A DNA stretch of 64,000 bases, taken from Laetmonice hystrix (taxonomy: Eukaryota). The notes beneath the pieces are model-generated. The model was given only the letters and a program-made list of their open reading frames with translations, had not been told where the DNA came from and did not search any database. Below, in pieces: positions 1 to 13,387 of the stretch. How positions within the stretch are numbered: the stretch's first letter is position 1; every line of letters begins with the position of its first letter. A program made the position numbers and the translations under genes. The DNA lies in the NCBI GenBank assembly GCA_965235115.1, contig OZ249436.1, forward strand, positions 47,990,001 to 48,054,000, written 5' to 3'.

Positions 1-1007
1 ACACCTAAGCCAGATTAACATGGCCTGGGCTATAATTGGGACGCTTGGAGTCGACAGGATGTATTGGTACTGCGAACATATGTGTGATCCGGAAGGATAC
101 CATGTCTGTCACATTCACAATGGCCGAGGTCTGCGTGTAGAGAACTAATAAGAACGCTCGACGCTAGGGCAATTTCCAGTCAACCAGTGGGCTGACCCCC
201 CACAATGCGGTCTACGGAGGCCTGAAGGCACATTTTAGTCGGAAACCTCGGAGTTTAAATTGTAGGGGACAAACTTGACGGATTTAACTGATTGGCTTTG
301 AAGATGCATCTAAAGCTCAGCTTAGACATACGTATACAAATGCCAGACCTGACGAGGCCAAATAAAAATTTCCATAGACTACATATATACGCATTGTTCG
401 TAACGCAGGCCCCTGTGGGCGGTTAATAATACAAGTTTATCTGCTGATCTGATAAAGATGGCCTAATTATTTGTAGCCGTTCCGGCCTCACCTACCCTAA
501 CGCATCCCAACTTGTTCCCGGCAGTGCTCAGTTGCGGGAAACGCGTCCACTTAATGAGGACCCATGCGCCTTAGATCTAAGGGTTCCTATAATTTACCAA
601 TAAAATTTTGATATTAGGAGAAACCCTCGGGGCCTTCGTACCGGTGTATAATTGATTCCCTCCGCCTACGGGACTTTCAGCGATGCCGGGGAGGGTATGG
701 GGGAGCTGCATAATAATCAAAGCTTAATGATGGCGGGATCCAGGCCGCCCGAGGGACTGGCACGCAGACCTGGGTGCACAGTGTAATGCCAATTACATTG
801 AAGTCCTACTCAAGGATGCCAAATGTTAACGTCACCGAGTATTTGATCTCGCGTAGAAACATTTACACACATTATCCACTGACATTGACCGGTTATCTCA
901 CTGCTACACTGTCCCTGACGAGAGAGACTTGACTGCAACATCAGCAGCGCATGATCTGTCGGTGTAACCTACGTGGCGGATCGAGCCGTGTCACTCGACC
1001 AAAAACT

Positions 1008-1140
1008 ATGGAAACGTGTCACTGGTGCCATGGAAATGTGTCACTGGTGCCATGGAAACGTGTCACTGGTGCCATGGAAACGCGTTACTTTTGCCATGGA
1101 AACGTGCCACTGTTGCCATGAAAACGTTCCACTGTTGAAA
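1008..1140. repeat. 22-bp minisatellite, ~6 diverging copies
   Basis: Unit CATGGAAACGTGTCACTGGTGC. Confidence 0.85.
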
Positions 1141-3038
1141 AAACGTATCTTATGTCGATCTGAGGTCATTTTTATTAAAGGGGCATTTCGTAAAACAAAC
1201 AAAAGGCAATGATGACACTACAGAGGACCTATACATTAAAGGTTCCAACGACTGGGGGGGGGGGGGCAACTGCCTCCTAGGATTTCCAGTTAAAAAAATT
1301 ATTATCGGGCCTATAGATCCCCAATATTGACCCTGATATTAACACCTGGGGTACGTTTCACTGTGAGGATGGACAGGACATACATCTTTTAGACAAATTC
1401 ATCGTCAGGCATCTCACCTGACCTGTTTGAACTTTCTCTTCTCTCCGTGGAAGGATCTACTGACCATAACCCCGCCACGCCGCCACCCACAATTCAACAT
1501 ACTTTAAAGGAACTCCTTTCATTTTCAACCGTTTGGCTAATTCTATTGGGCAATAAATGGACACGAGTGATTGTTTTCTATTGACCTTCCGTGTGAAGTC
1601 CAGTTTTACCGTGGCCAGCGCGAGTCTGAGGTGTTCAGCTGGGGCAAGCTATAATAAAAACACCTTCTAAAAGCATTGTCTTCTGCCGGTCTGCAAGAGA
1701 TCGATTAAAAAATATGGCATTTCGTAACAAAAAGTTAGGTGATCCTTTCTTTCATGTGATTTAGTAGGGCTGAAACGATACACTTGTGCCACAATACGAT
1801 ACGTATCAAGATACAACAAACGATACGATATATCTCACGATAGTTTTCAAGTTATACTTGATTTATGCTTAGACTGCCACAGAGAAGCGTGGGTCAAAAT
1901 ACTCTGTAATGTATTGTGAGCTATTCCAGCGACCGATTGCACCTGAGATGGTCACAGAGGAATCAAGTTCTGGGACTAGAGTGTCTCAGGACACTTTTTA
2001 ATTATCATTTGTATCGATCTGAGAGTAACTAAAAATTCAGAGTACTAAAAAAGGGGAGCTGATCCTTGAGACTTGGTCCAAGTCCTATACCGTTCGAAGA
2101 TCTGGCGTCTGGAGAACACACGATAACCCATTGAGAGACAACTGATTTGGAACCTTGCCGCAGATTGAGCCCACTGACGGGGTATGGGTTCTGTTGCTAG
2201 ATCCCTTTAGGAGAGTTGTGTCCACCTATCGCCGAGTTACACCCTCACCTCTCCAAGTGGACACACCAACCTAGCCGAACTCTTCATACTGTCAGGTTTT
2301 CAACAGCGGCTGTTTCCAGACTACGACCGAACGTGGAGACCGGCGCCTCGCAGTTCCCTACATTTCTATAGAGGTGCTAGTTGTTTAATATATCCCCCTC
2401 CAGGTCGAGGGCCAATGAAAGGGTGTGCACATACACTCAACGTTATGCTAGGATAAAAACAGAGTTCCAGCAAAATTAGAAGTACTCAAGTACTACAGGT
2501 CTTAGGTAAAGATTAACCTCAAATTTTGATAGACATTTTACGTCTGGAAAATTTATTTTAGTGAACATAAACAGATATTTTAAAAACCACCCAGCAAAAT
2601 TGGGAACGTGAGCGCCCTCTACACATTGCAGTCACGTGTGCATGTCTTGATACCTTGATATACGAATACGAGTGCCAGTCGCAGGGATAGACTATTGTTA
2701 GACGCTCTATTGTTAGGTCTTTTGTTTTGCGACTCACTGACGTGTGAAAAAGCGTAAGTACCCTAACTTTGCCTGCATGAAATATCGAGTAGGTCCCTGT
2801 CGATCTATACCTCCGTATATTTAGCCATCAGGTGTGTAGTTACCTTTTAGAAAATTATGGGCGCAATGAAATACCTGCAACCACCGGAGCTGCAAAGCTA
2901 TGCTACGGGATCGGGTACATACTCCCCCACACAGAAAAACAATTGAAAGAAAAGTTCATTTCCCTACATTCTGAGAACACAAATGTCCAATTTCCTGGTA
3001 TCGAACTATTACATCTGGCCCTGATACATTCATAATGT

Positions 3039-3150
3039 CAGGACCGTAGCCTGCAGGGGGGCAAGGGGGGGGGGGGCAATAGGATTTCTATTTTTTATAA
3101 CCCAGACCCCAGCTCGCGCACCCGGGATTTTTGGGCAGGCTACGGCCCTG
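3039..3150. mobile_element. CAG..CTG MITE with a ~5-bp TSD
   Basis: AATGT|CAGGACCGTAGCCTGC ... GCAGGCTACGGCCCTG|AATGC. Confidence 0.75.
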
Positions 3151-3749
3151 AATGCATATTTCCTAACCTCTCATTCATCAACCTAAATATTTCCCAACTA
3201 ATCAAGACAGATTCCATGACAACAATAACACTTACTGGTAACCGGGGTAACGACATGCAGTGGCTTCACAAACAATTGCACAATCAGACCCGGGCGTTAA
3301 GCTTAATCCAGACCGGAAGTATAGACTTTTCGAACGAACGTCTATGGCGTCAAGGACGGAAAGCCGACCTTTCCCAGACATCGGTAGCTTCGTGTCAGCT
3401 GAGCCAATTTGTACTCGATCCTACAACCACCACTTCAAACAGAGCCTGGGTATATTGGCTGGCGTCCTCTAGAATGTTGGGCCCTGACCAGAGCACCATC
3501 AGTGCTACCTTTGATTACATGTGCTGGTCTTAATTTGTTCCGAATGGTGGTAGAAGTCCCTCCTGGGAGGGTTAGCGGCCAACCCCGTCTTCAAACAAGC
3601 ATGTGCCAAAATAGCTTCCACTAACAAAGAATATATTTAGAAATCACTGTTACTTCTTTTTTAAGGGAAAGATACTAGGCCCCATAAATTAGACGGATGG
3701 GATTAAGCGTGGTCATTTCAATGCAAACTTAGGTCTACTAGAGATTTTA

Positions 3750-4005
3750 GGGCATTTGCCCCCCATACATCTGTCCCCCGGCCATTTTCCCCGGATTTTT
3801 GTCCCCCGGATATTTGCCCCCGGAAGGACTTCCGCCCCCTGGGACATCTGCCCCCCAGACATTCACCCCCTGACATTAACCCCCGTGGGACTTCTGCCCC
3901 CTAGGACATCTGCCCCCCCCCCAGACATTCACCCCCGGACAGTAACCCCCGTAGTACTGCTGCTCCCCTAGGACCCTAACCTAACCCTAACCCTAAATCT
4001 AACCC
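3750..4005. repeat. Degenerate C-rich tandem (GGACATCTGCCCCC-like) followed by (AACCCT)n-like motifs
   Basis: Repeated GACAT(C/T)..CCCCC motifs, then CCCTAACCTAACCCTAACCCTAA. Confidence 0.6.
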
Positions 4006-4397
4006 TGTCCTACGGGGTTTAATGTCAAGACGCTTGACGCTCGACGCTTGCCGCCCATGATGTGTGCCCAGGCCTTTAGTGAAACGAGCCTCTAATGTCG
4101 CCCGGGGAACTCCTGCTGAGAGCCTGATGGCGGTAGACAGGTTCTTGGACCTCCGATGACGACAGAGGAGGTGTGATATTACCAACGACCCATCTCATCT
4201 TCCCCTGCTGGCCGCTAGAGGCCGCCACTGACCACGAGCCTTCAGATCACTTTGGTTCATCAATGTGTTATTGTGGGGCAGTGACCCCACGCCTACGCTT
4301 GCTGTCTGGGCCACTTCTCCATGCGATCACTTCTCGGGACGGGGAGGGTGCATGGTACCGCCGTGAAGGCAGCACAAACAAGGTTTCTTATATCATC

Positions 4398-4568
4398 TAC
4401 AGAGCGAGTAAAAAAAACCCCAAACAAACTAGATACTCAAAAGTAGGCTGATGAGTCAGATATTTGGCAAAATCAGGATATTAATTGATCAATTTGGTGG
4501 TTGATCCACTCAGATGCGACCAATAATAAAGAAATAATGGTCATTTTTGAAAACCTCGTAAAATCCCA
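4398..4568 (+). repeat. Dispersed repeat (probable DNA-transposon end); second copy at ~22911-23100
   Basis: Both copies begin TACAG and share ACTCAAAA.TAGG..GATGA.TCAGA.ATTT.GCAAAATCAGGA and AATTTGGT.GTTGATCCACTCAGATG.GACCA...ATAAAGAAATA. Confidence 0.7.
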
Positions 4569-5046
4569 CCTGCCCACGTGGAAGCAATAAAAAACAATGA
4601 AATGAACCATTGGCGTGGCTGTGGGTCCTTGATGGCATACTCCGTTCAGATCTATGGACTGTGGACGTCCCATGCTTCAGCAGCACCCTGAACAGTGAAC
4701 CCTCACTGGACGGCAATTCTGCTCCCAGTCTTCTGGCTGGATGCAAGGACGTAGATAATCTCGTGGATTTACGCCTATTCACAGTTATCAGAAAGTCAGA
4801 ATTTTCTAGCCTTTTCTCATTTTTGGAGACTCGCCCTTATTTCGCTGGCCAAGCAGAATAGAATTCAGTTAAGCATGACTACCAAACGTACCGAACCTTA
4901 AATCTAGGCTAGATCTAGTAGTAATAGTAGTTAATCCATTCTTGGGATTAACCTCACGAAATAACGGAAAACGTACACATGGAAACCTGGCTTCGTGTTG
5001 ATAGAAACAGGAGGGTCTAATTTATTTTGGTGTGGAGGATATATTA

Positions 5047-6179
5047 TAGTAGCAGATTGTCGATCTCCTGAGGAACAGGATAGGAAGTCTTGTGGTAGCA
5101 GATTGTCGATCTCCTGAGGAACAGGATAGGAAGTCTTGTGGCAGCAGATTGTCGATTTCCTCAGGAACAGGATAGGAAGTCTTGTGGCAGCAGATTGACG
5201 ATCTCCTGAGGAACAGGATAGGAAGTCTTGTGGCAGCAGATTGACGATCTCCTGAGGAACAGGATAGGAAGTCTTGTGGCAGCAGATTGTCTATCTCCTC
5301 AGGAACAGGAAGTCTTGTGGCAGCAGATTGTCAATCTCCTCAGGAACAGGATAGGAAGTCTTGTGGCAGCAGATTGTCGATCTTCTCAGGAACAGGATAG
5401 GAAGTCTTGTGGCAGCAGATTGACGATCTCCTCAGGAACAGGAAGTCTTGTGGCAGCAGATTGTCGATCTCCTCAGGAACAGGATAGGAAGTCTTGTGGC
5501 AGCAGATTGTCGATCTCCTGAGGAACAGGATAGGAAGTCTTGTGGCAGCAGATTGTCGATCTCCTCAGGAACAGGAAGTCTTGTGGCAGCAGATTGTCGA
5601 TCTCCTCAGGAACAGGATAGGAAGTCTTGTGGCAGCAGATTGTCGATCTCCTCAGGAACAGGATAGGAAGTCTTGTGGCAGCAGATTGTCGATCTCCTCA
5701 GGAACAGGATAGGAAGTCTTGTGGCAGCAGATTGACGATCTCCTCAGGAACAGGATAGGAAGTCTTGTGGCAGCAGATTGTCGATCTCCTCAGGAACAGG
5801 ATAGGAAGTCTTGTGGCAGCAGATTGACGATCTCCTCAGGAATAGGATAGGAAGTCTTGTGGCAGCAGATTGTCGATCTCCTCAGGAACAGGATAGGAAG
5901 TCTTGTGGCAGCAGATTGTCAATCTCCTCAGGAACAGGATAGGAAGTCTTGTGGCAGCAGATTGTCGATCTCCTCAGGAACAGGAAGTCTTGTGGCAGCA
6001 GATTGACGATCTCCTCAGGAACAGGATAGGAAGTCTTGTGGCAGCAGATTGTCGATCTCCTCAGGAACAGGATAGGAAGTCTTGTGGCAGCAGATTGTCA
6101 ATCTCCTCAGGAACAGGAAGTCTTGTGGCAGCAGATTGTCGATCTCCTCAGGAACAGGATAGGAAGTCTTGTGGCAGCA
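5047..6179. repeat. 46-bp minisatellite with a 41-bp deletion variant, ~25 copies
   Basis: Unit GCAGCAGATTGTCGATCTCCTCAGGAACAGG(ATAGG)AAGTCTTGTG. Confidence 0.97.
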
Positions 6180-7617
6180 TTTATGTAATGGGTCGTCTTC
6201 TTAACTCGCGTTTTTTGGGCCAAGATTCGAAATGAAGTGGCAGTGACAGTATTTTGATGCAAACCCGTCAGATTTGAACAGGGCACCTTGAGGGCATTTT
6301 CAAGACCAGCCATCAACGGTCTAGTTCTAATGGGGGAGAAAAGAAGAGCAATTATTACATTTCAGAGCCATTCTGACGTCAGTTGGTTCATTATTGTCAT
6401 TCAACAACAGGCTGTAATGAGAAACTGATTTATATTTTCTGTGCGGTCTTGTTTGTTTTTCTTCTCATGACTGAAAATACAAAACCGCAGAGGAGACTAC
6501 GAAATGGCGGGCCGTACGTCGATAACCAACAAGGCACAGGAGCGGATGGTATAACGTTAAAATCTATCGATTCAGTTCAATTTTACGTCAGTCTGCAGAA
6601 ATAAGGAGGTCGTTCGCCGAGTGTCCCCAACCGTGAATCTACCTATGGGGTACGTTAGTGGTGGTAGAAGGGTAGGGTATTGGATCACACGGGTTAATAC
6701 CCCACATCACCCCCCACCTCCCGCCTTGTGTCTGATCCGTGATCGATCCTTCCCGGAGGGGTAGAAACCCCAGAACAACTCCACGAAATGTTGGTGAAAG
6801 GATGAGAATTCTAGCCAAATCTCCCAAATCTCCGCAGAATGTTTCTATCCTTATAGCCTTGCTCCTAACCCTAACTCCTACCCCCAACTCTGTGTCACCA
6901 CGGGCAATTACCCTCTCAGGGACTCTATGACAGGCTTACACCACCGGTAAATCCCAGGATAGCCGGGAGTCGGGTCCCGAATCTGAACACGCTAAAAGGG
7001 GTCTCGTAGGGGGGGGGGGGGTGAAAGGTCGGGTATGACCCCTGACCTGTCCGGAACAAATCATGACGAACAGGAAGTTAAATTGAACCCCACCTTAACG
7101 CCCCGTTATATATGGCATTGAGATTCGGCTGACGTTTTCATCCCAAGATAAAAATGGATGTTATGGTTTGAATTAAACAGCAATATTTTAGATGTGGATT
7201 AGTAAAATGGACTTAGTCATTCGAAGATCGAGTGGAAGGATTATGATTCTCTCCAATCGCAACATTTTGGGCTTTCTGTACGCAAAACACCTCGGATGTA
7301 TTTCGGGCGTTACCATGTTGAAACTACTTCCAGTCACATGATTCGATGGGGTCATGTGACTGGCGATTTAATTAAAATGGCCAGCACTTGTTTTCTTTCT
7401 GAACAACGCCAAACTCTGTGACTGTTTGTTGCTTGAAATTGTTGGAATTTGTTAGGCTAATAACAAATATGTACGCTTAGCCCGAGCCTGGAGCTCAGAC
7501 AAGCCAGACATGCCTATAAGACGCGTTCGGGATTCCATCGGGCATATGACATCAATAGATAAATAGTTTTAGAGATTCAAATTGCAGAAGGGAATCGGGA
7601 GTTATTTTAACAAAGGG

Positions 7618-8078
7618 GTGGGTCATTGTATATGTTGACCTCATCCACACAGGACAGTCGTATGTAGGCCTAGTGTCCCACCCAGGTTGTGGGTATTGTA
7701 AATGTTGACCTCATCCACACAGGACAGTCGTATGTAGTGTCCCACCCAGGTTGTGGGTATTGTAAATGTTGACCTCATCCACACAGGACAGTCGTATGTA
7801 GTGTCCCACCCAGGTTGTGGGTATTGTAAATGTTGACCTCATCCACACAGGACAGTCGTATGTAGTGTCCCACCCAGGTTGTGGGTATTGTAAATGTTGA
7901 GCTCATCCACGGAGGACAGTCGTATGTAGTGTCCCACCCAGGTTGTGGGTATTGTAAATGTTGACCTCATCCACACAGGACAGTCGTATGTAGTGTCCCA
8001 CCCAGGTTGTGGGTATTGTAAATGTTGACCTCATCCACACAGGACAGTCGTATGTAGTGTCCCACCCAGGTTGTGGGT
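7618..8078. repeat. 64-bp minisatellite, block 1 (~7 copies)
   Basis: Unit GTGGGTATTGTAAATGTTGACCTCATCCACACAGGACAGTCGTATGTAGTGTCCCACCCAGGTT. Confidence 0.97.
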
Positions 8079-10143
8079 TCGAAATTTGGCTTGATCTGTT
8101 TGTTTGTTGTTCCCACCTCAAATGTTTCAAAATGGGTTAGGTAGGGATATATGGACAGTGATAATTATATGACAAAAGTGAAACTGAGGGATTTGTGGTT
8201 AGTTAGGGATAGCAATAGTATTATTACAATGGTTAATGGTTGTGATCTCTTATTACAAAGAGATTATAAGAATTGTATTTTCCATTATTGCTATGTGCAA
8301 ATCCACGTACTATTATGTTCCCTTCTGTCTCATTCTTCCGATTCCTGGCCTTTGTGGGATTATGCCCCCCCCCCCACACACACACCTGCTCAAACTACCC
8401 CGTCGGCACACAAAGTAACTGGGTTACGTAGGAAATGATGTTAGCGATGATCGTGGTTCTAGGAACTGGCGGGTAGGGAGGAGTAGGGACCACTCACCCA
8501 TGGTATCAATGTCACGAGTTCGGGGTCAGAGCTTAGGGTCAGAAGTCAGGGTTGGGGTTAGGAAAGGGATGGTGACAAGTTTTGAGGGGAAGGTCTGGAG
8601 AGTTAGTTAGGGGTGTTAGTTTTTGGAGTAGTAGGAATGGTGATAGATTTTGAAGTTCCGTGGCGGCGGTACCATGCGGAATGCTAGGAGCGGGGCGAGC
8701 GATGATCGACTGTGAATAGATAGCAGTCGGTCCTTCCATTCGGCTTGCTCTACGTCAGGCTTTCATCACGAGGCAGGATAATGCGTGCAGATCTCGATCA
8801 GGGAACGCCTCGTCTTGGTCGGTGGTCGTTCATTAGATCACATCCAGGTTCAAGGGAACGCGGCTATCTGGGGGTCATCTTCTTGGCAAGTCATTTCACA
8901 GAGATTAGTGCGTTTTGGCTTTTAAAATCACTCTTCATCGTATTGGCAGCTCATATATTCTCAAAATAGATGGGCGCTTAGATATCGGTCTACTATGATC
9001 GGATTCCCTGCCCATCTCTGTCTCTCTGGGTCTCTCATCCAATATAGACCTCTAGCCTCGCATTCATGAGTTTCTTTTCGGGCCTGCGTATTGGTGACGT
9101 TACTGGACAAGGGTTGAGATATACGCGGACTTTAAGAAGATGTCTACATAGCAAGTATATTGCGGCTGATTTGGGGGTATCTATGCCCTTCCAGCTGCTG
9201 GCTGTATGCCAGATAGTCTTTGAAACTTTTAATTTATCTATTGTAAATCGTTCTGGTCAAAAGGCAAGGGGTTCTGATTCCTGCCGGCATGGCTAGAGAA
9301 GGTCATTGAATGTCTATTTTACCATGCACCTAAAATATACAAACTCACCGTCCATCGATATAATATACTAAAATTTACTTGCGGTAAAATATAACAAGTT
9401 TTTTTTAACATGTCCTTTTCCATGATACCGTGCCCTAATCTACATATCGGATACATGCAATGTCTGCCGGGGTCAACGTCTTTTTCCGTTCGAGATCTAT
9501 ACTCTGAGGGGAAGTTAGTATAGGGCCAACGTAATGCGATAAGTCAGTGAAAAGTGGGATTTTAAATTGGCTTTGAGGTGGTTTCCTCTTCAGAATCGGC
9601 TGTGGGATTCAGCAATGACTGGCGTCAATAAACGGATTCCTACTACCGTTGGCAAACCGGCCTCCTGGACATGTAGGCCTGGTACCACTGGGTATCACCA
9701 GTCAAATCAGTCTAACATCAAGGTTGGATTCACGGGATTCACGGAATTGTTGGAGGGAAGCTTTATATAGCAGTTACTGAATACCAAAGTACATGCCCGA
9801 TCGATTCTGTTCAGAATAGCGGGATTTCTAACAATGTCTTTTATTTGACCCCAATCATTGACCCTGATATTTGGTCAATTATGATAGGATAAAAAAGGTA
9901 AATCTATGTGATTTTGCAACTAAAGAGGCTGTCTCTCGGGACAATTCGACGTTTAGCTTCATGCTTACCCAGTAACCATTGAGGTGTTTTATGACATTGA
10001 ATGCTCATCATATTGATTCTGTTACCGTAGCCCACAAAAATCTACCCATTTTTCTTTGTTTATATTTTCAAGGAAAATATATTTTTTCTTTTCATTTTCA
10101 GGTGAGCTGTTAACAAGACCAGTCGAATTTGTGTGATACCAAC

Positions 10144-10674
10144 ATGGACACAGTACATCAATTTTCAGGGCACGAAAGGACAAAGATTCTTGAAAGCTAC
10201 TTTTCAAACAAATCAGTGGTTGTAACACAGAGGGCATTTCGGAGGAAATTTCATGAGAGAAAGGTTCCATGCAGAAAAACGATAATGAACCTTGTAGAGA
10301 AATTTAAGAACACTGGCAGTGTGGGAAATGACAATAAAGGTCATAGCGGCCGGCAAGTTACTGTCAGAACACCAGCTAATGTTCAGGCAGTAAGGGAACA
10401 TCTTCAAAAGTTACCACGAAAATCGACAAGACGACTGTCTCAGGAAGTTGGCATTTGAAGGGCAACTGTGCAATGAATCATTTATAATGACTTAAAATTG
10501 TTTCCTTAAATGGTGCAACCCCTCCAGAAACAAAGTGATGCAAATAAAAAAGAACGCGTCGAATTTTGCCAGAGCATTAGTGAAAGAATTGAGAACAATC
10601 CAGGTGTTCTCGGCTTGATTATGTTAAGTGATGAAGCCCATTTCTATCTGAGTGGGCATGTCAACAAACAAAAC
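10144..10674 (+). pseudogene. Decayed Tc1/mariner-superfamily transposase (N-terminal HTH region to first catalytic Asp), 3'-truncated
   Basis: One frame with three in-frame stops: MDTVHQFSGHERTKILESYF..SVVVTQRAFRRKF..HSGRQVTVRTPANVQAVRE..PRKSTRRLSQEVGI*..LKLFP*..IMLSDEAHFYLSGHVNKQN. SDEAHF..G.VNKQN is a typical mariner-like motif. Confidence 0.9.
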
Positions 10675-11406
10675 AGTGTCCTTTCGTGCACCTGAGCCCG
10701 CCCTCCCCCATAATCCAAATAAGGGCATGATTTGATTCGCGTGCTCTCGTCTCTAGCCAAATAGGTAAACGCTTAATTAATTAATTAAAAATATTGTCGA
10801 TATGGACGCGCCATGGTACCAGACTGCTAGGAACCCCTTAAAATAATTGTTTTTACTCAAGTTTTGTTGAATTGACTGCGTTTATTTCAATTTTAGGACA
10901 GATTTCCTTTAACGTCGCATCGCCCCGTAACGACGACCTACAACACGCATTCCATAAGCACCACCGTATGCATCCTCCCACGCTCGGTGTTGAACCGCTT
11001 CCAGTGATCTCCCCTCACGACAGCCCGCCTGTTTTCATGGGAGAGTACTTCGCAGCGTCACCTGCTTTCCATCTCCTTGGCCTACTTGCAGTACCGCAAG
11101 CACCAATCAGATTACAGCACTGCCTGAGGCGCAATTCATAAAAAATTAGCGTGCATTTCCGGTTAGTCAATAGGAACGCCCCCAGTAAAGTTATTATTGT
11201 CGAAGCAATATGGCGAAGCCAACGATCAACGGGTAGGCATTTAATCCTAACAGTGGGAGGAACAACTTTGAGTTGACAGGCCTGCAAGAACACACACTAT
11301 AACTATAACCCTATCCCAACCTATAACTTTAACCCACGGGCACGGCAGAGGCCGAGACCGACAGCCAACGCCGGCGACACCGGGCCAGCAGGCCGGTGTT
11401 CGGATG

Positions 11407-12161
11407 CCACCCAGGTTGTGGGTATTGTAAATGTTGACCTCATCCACGGAGGACAGTCGTATGTAGTGTCCCACCCAGGTTGTGGGTCATTGTAACTGTT
11501 GACCTCATCCACACAGGACAGTCGTATGTAGTGTCCCACCCAGGCTGTGGGTGTAAATGTTGACCTCATCCACAGAGGACAGTCGTATGTAGTGTCCCAC
11601 CCAGGTTGTGGGTATTGTAAATGTTGAGCTCATCCACGGAGGACAGTCGTATGTAGTGTCCCACCCAGGTTGTGGGTATTGTAAATGTTGACCTCATCCA
11701 CAGAGGACAGTCGTATGTAGTGTCCCACCCAGGTTGTGGGTATTGTAAATGTTGAGCTCATCCACGGAGGACAGTCGTATGTAGTGTCCCACCCAGGTTG
11801 TGGGTATTGTAAATGTTGACCTCATCCACACGGGACAGTCGTATGTAGTGTCCCACCCAGGTTGTGGGTATTGTAAATGGTGACCTCATCCACGGAGGAC
11901 AGTCGTATGTAGTGTCCCACCCAGGTTGTGGGTATTGTAAATGTTGACCTCATCCACACAGGACAGTCGTATGTAGTGTCCCACCCAGGTTGTGGGTCAT
12001 TGTAAATGTTGACCTCATCCACACAGGACAGTCGTATGTAGTGTCCCACCGAGGTTGTGGGTATTGTAAATGTTGACCTCATCCACACAGGACAGTCGTA
12101 TGTAGTATCCCACCCAGGTTGTGGGTATTGTAAATGTTGACCTCATCCACACAGGACAGTC
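11407..12161. repeat. 64-bp minisatellite, block 2 (~12 copies), same unit and orientation as block 1
   Basis: Same consensus as 7618-8078, including shared variants (GAGCTC, CACGGAGG). Confidence 0.97.
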
Positions 12162-12190
12162 AGAAGCGAAGCGACGATGCTGAAATCAGG

Positions 12191-12301
12191 GGAGTAAAAT
12201 TGGGAATTTGGCGTGTTAAACCGTACTATCAAGTCAGAGTGCTACAAACTGTATTGTCAGGAAGGGACACATTTGTGTATCTGCGAACTGGGCAAGGCTA
12301 T
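12191..12301 (+). pseudogene. RecQ-like helicase fragment (motif 0 and degenerate Walker A), probably transposon-derived
   Basis: GVKLGIWRVKPYYQVRVLQTVLSGRDTFVYLRTGQG matches the RecQ pattern G...(L)KP.Q...I..(V)L.GRD.FV.LPTG.GKS. No continuation downstream. Confidence 0.6.
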
Positions 12302-13387
12302 CAGGCATTTTCGCGAGAAGTAAAGGCCTAGACACACATGGGCGTCAAGAGGCAAGCGTCAAGCGTCATTTTGAAAATGACGCTCTGACCCCAAGGTCAC
12401 CCTCCGGCAGGGTTGATCAAGGGGTAGAATGCCGGATGCGCGATGCCCCTTGACAACTCGCTGAATGGCACTGGCCGATAGAATGCTCATATAACAAACG
12501 TACGTAGGATGACAAGGTATCCGCAATATTGACATTTATTAGCCCTTGTCCGACTGAGCGTGAGAGGTTCAGACCGAGCGAGAAATCATCAACACCAGTG
12601 GAACTACAACAATAAACATGCCAATAATCATTCCCAATCCATCCTGTTCGTTCCACCGTTTTCCGCTGGCTGATTCCGTGATTTATAGACCACCATTTCC
12701 AGGACCGACGACTCCGAGGCCTGCTGGTGTTGACAGTACCTTCAATGACAGGATCCAACCAAAGCGAATGTCGTATGGATCAATAGTCCATTCGCTGAAA
12801 CCTCCGGCGCTCCCCTTCATTACTACTGACGGACCACCTGCAGCACATTGCGAGTATTTAGGAACCAAGCACAATTTGCTTTTAAAATAAAACTAACAAC
12901 TGCCTGTCAGGAAATCAAGCACGCATCTCGAGAAGTTCGTTCATATTGAAATAATATTAAATTGATGCCCACGCTATTACTATTACTCCACGCCATCCGC
13001 CAAATTGTGCTGACTCCATCTTTCAGGCTTCATCGTCTGTATGCGACCATGTAGGATACTTCTGTGGGACTGAGGACCGATGTTTGAGTGATTTTACATT
13101 GGTCTGTTAAATAATTAGAAATTTTAATTGTCTGTATACGACCAAAAAGATAAGGTGTAAGCTTATCTCCTCCATGCCACCCACTTCTTCCTGCTTGTCC
13201 TTACCTGTGCCTTTCCCAGTCAGGACGTTACACAATGACCACCGAGATGGAGAAGGGAGGGGAGCGAATTGCAGGAACCGGTCGGTTCTGGGAGAACCGT
13301 CGATTCGGCCACAGTAAAATTAATGTCTTTGGCCATGTGACACTGAACCATGACGTATGCAGGCTGGGAAGCGCCCCCCCCCCCACC

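Noticed and set aside
4449..4482. Hammerhead-like CTGATGA followed by a stem
   Set aside because: It is followed by AAAA rather than GAAA, and the second copy of the repeat (~22950) lacks the core.
4025..12375. Inverted pair of AGGCCT.GACACAC.TGGGCG-type termini at ~4025-4078 and ~12321-12375 as one large transposon
   Set aside because: The termini face outward, so they are ends of two separate copies.
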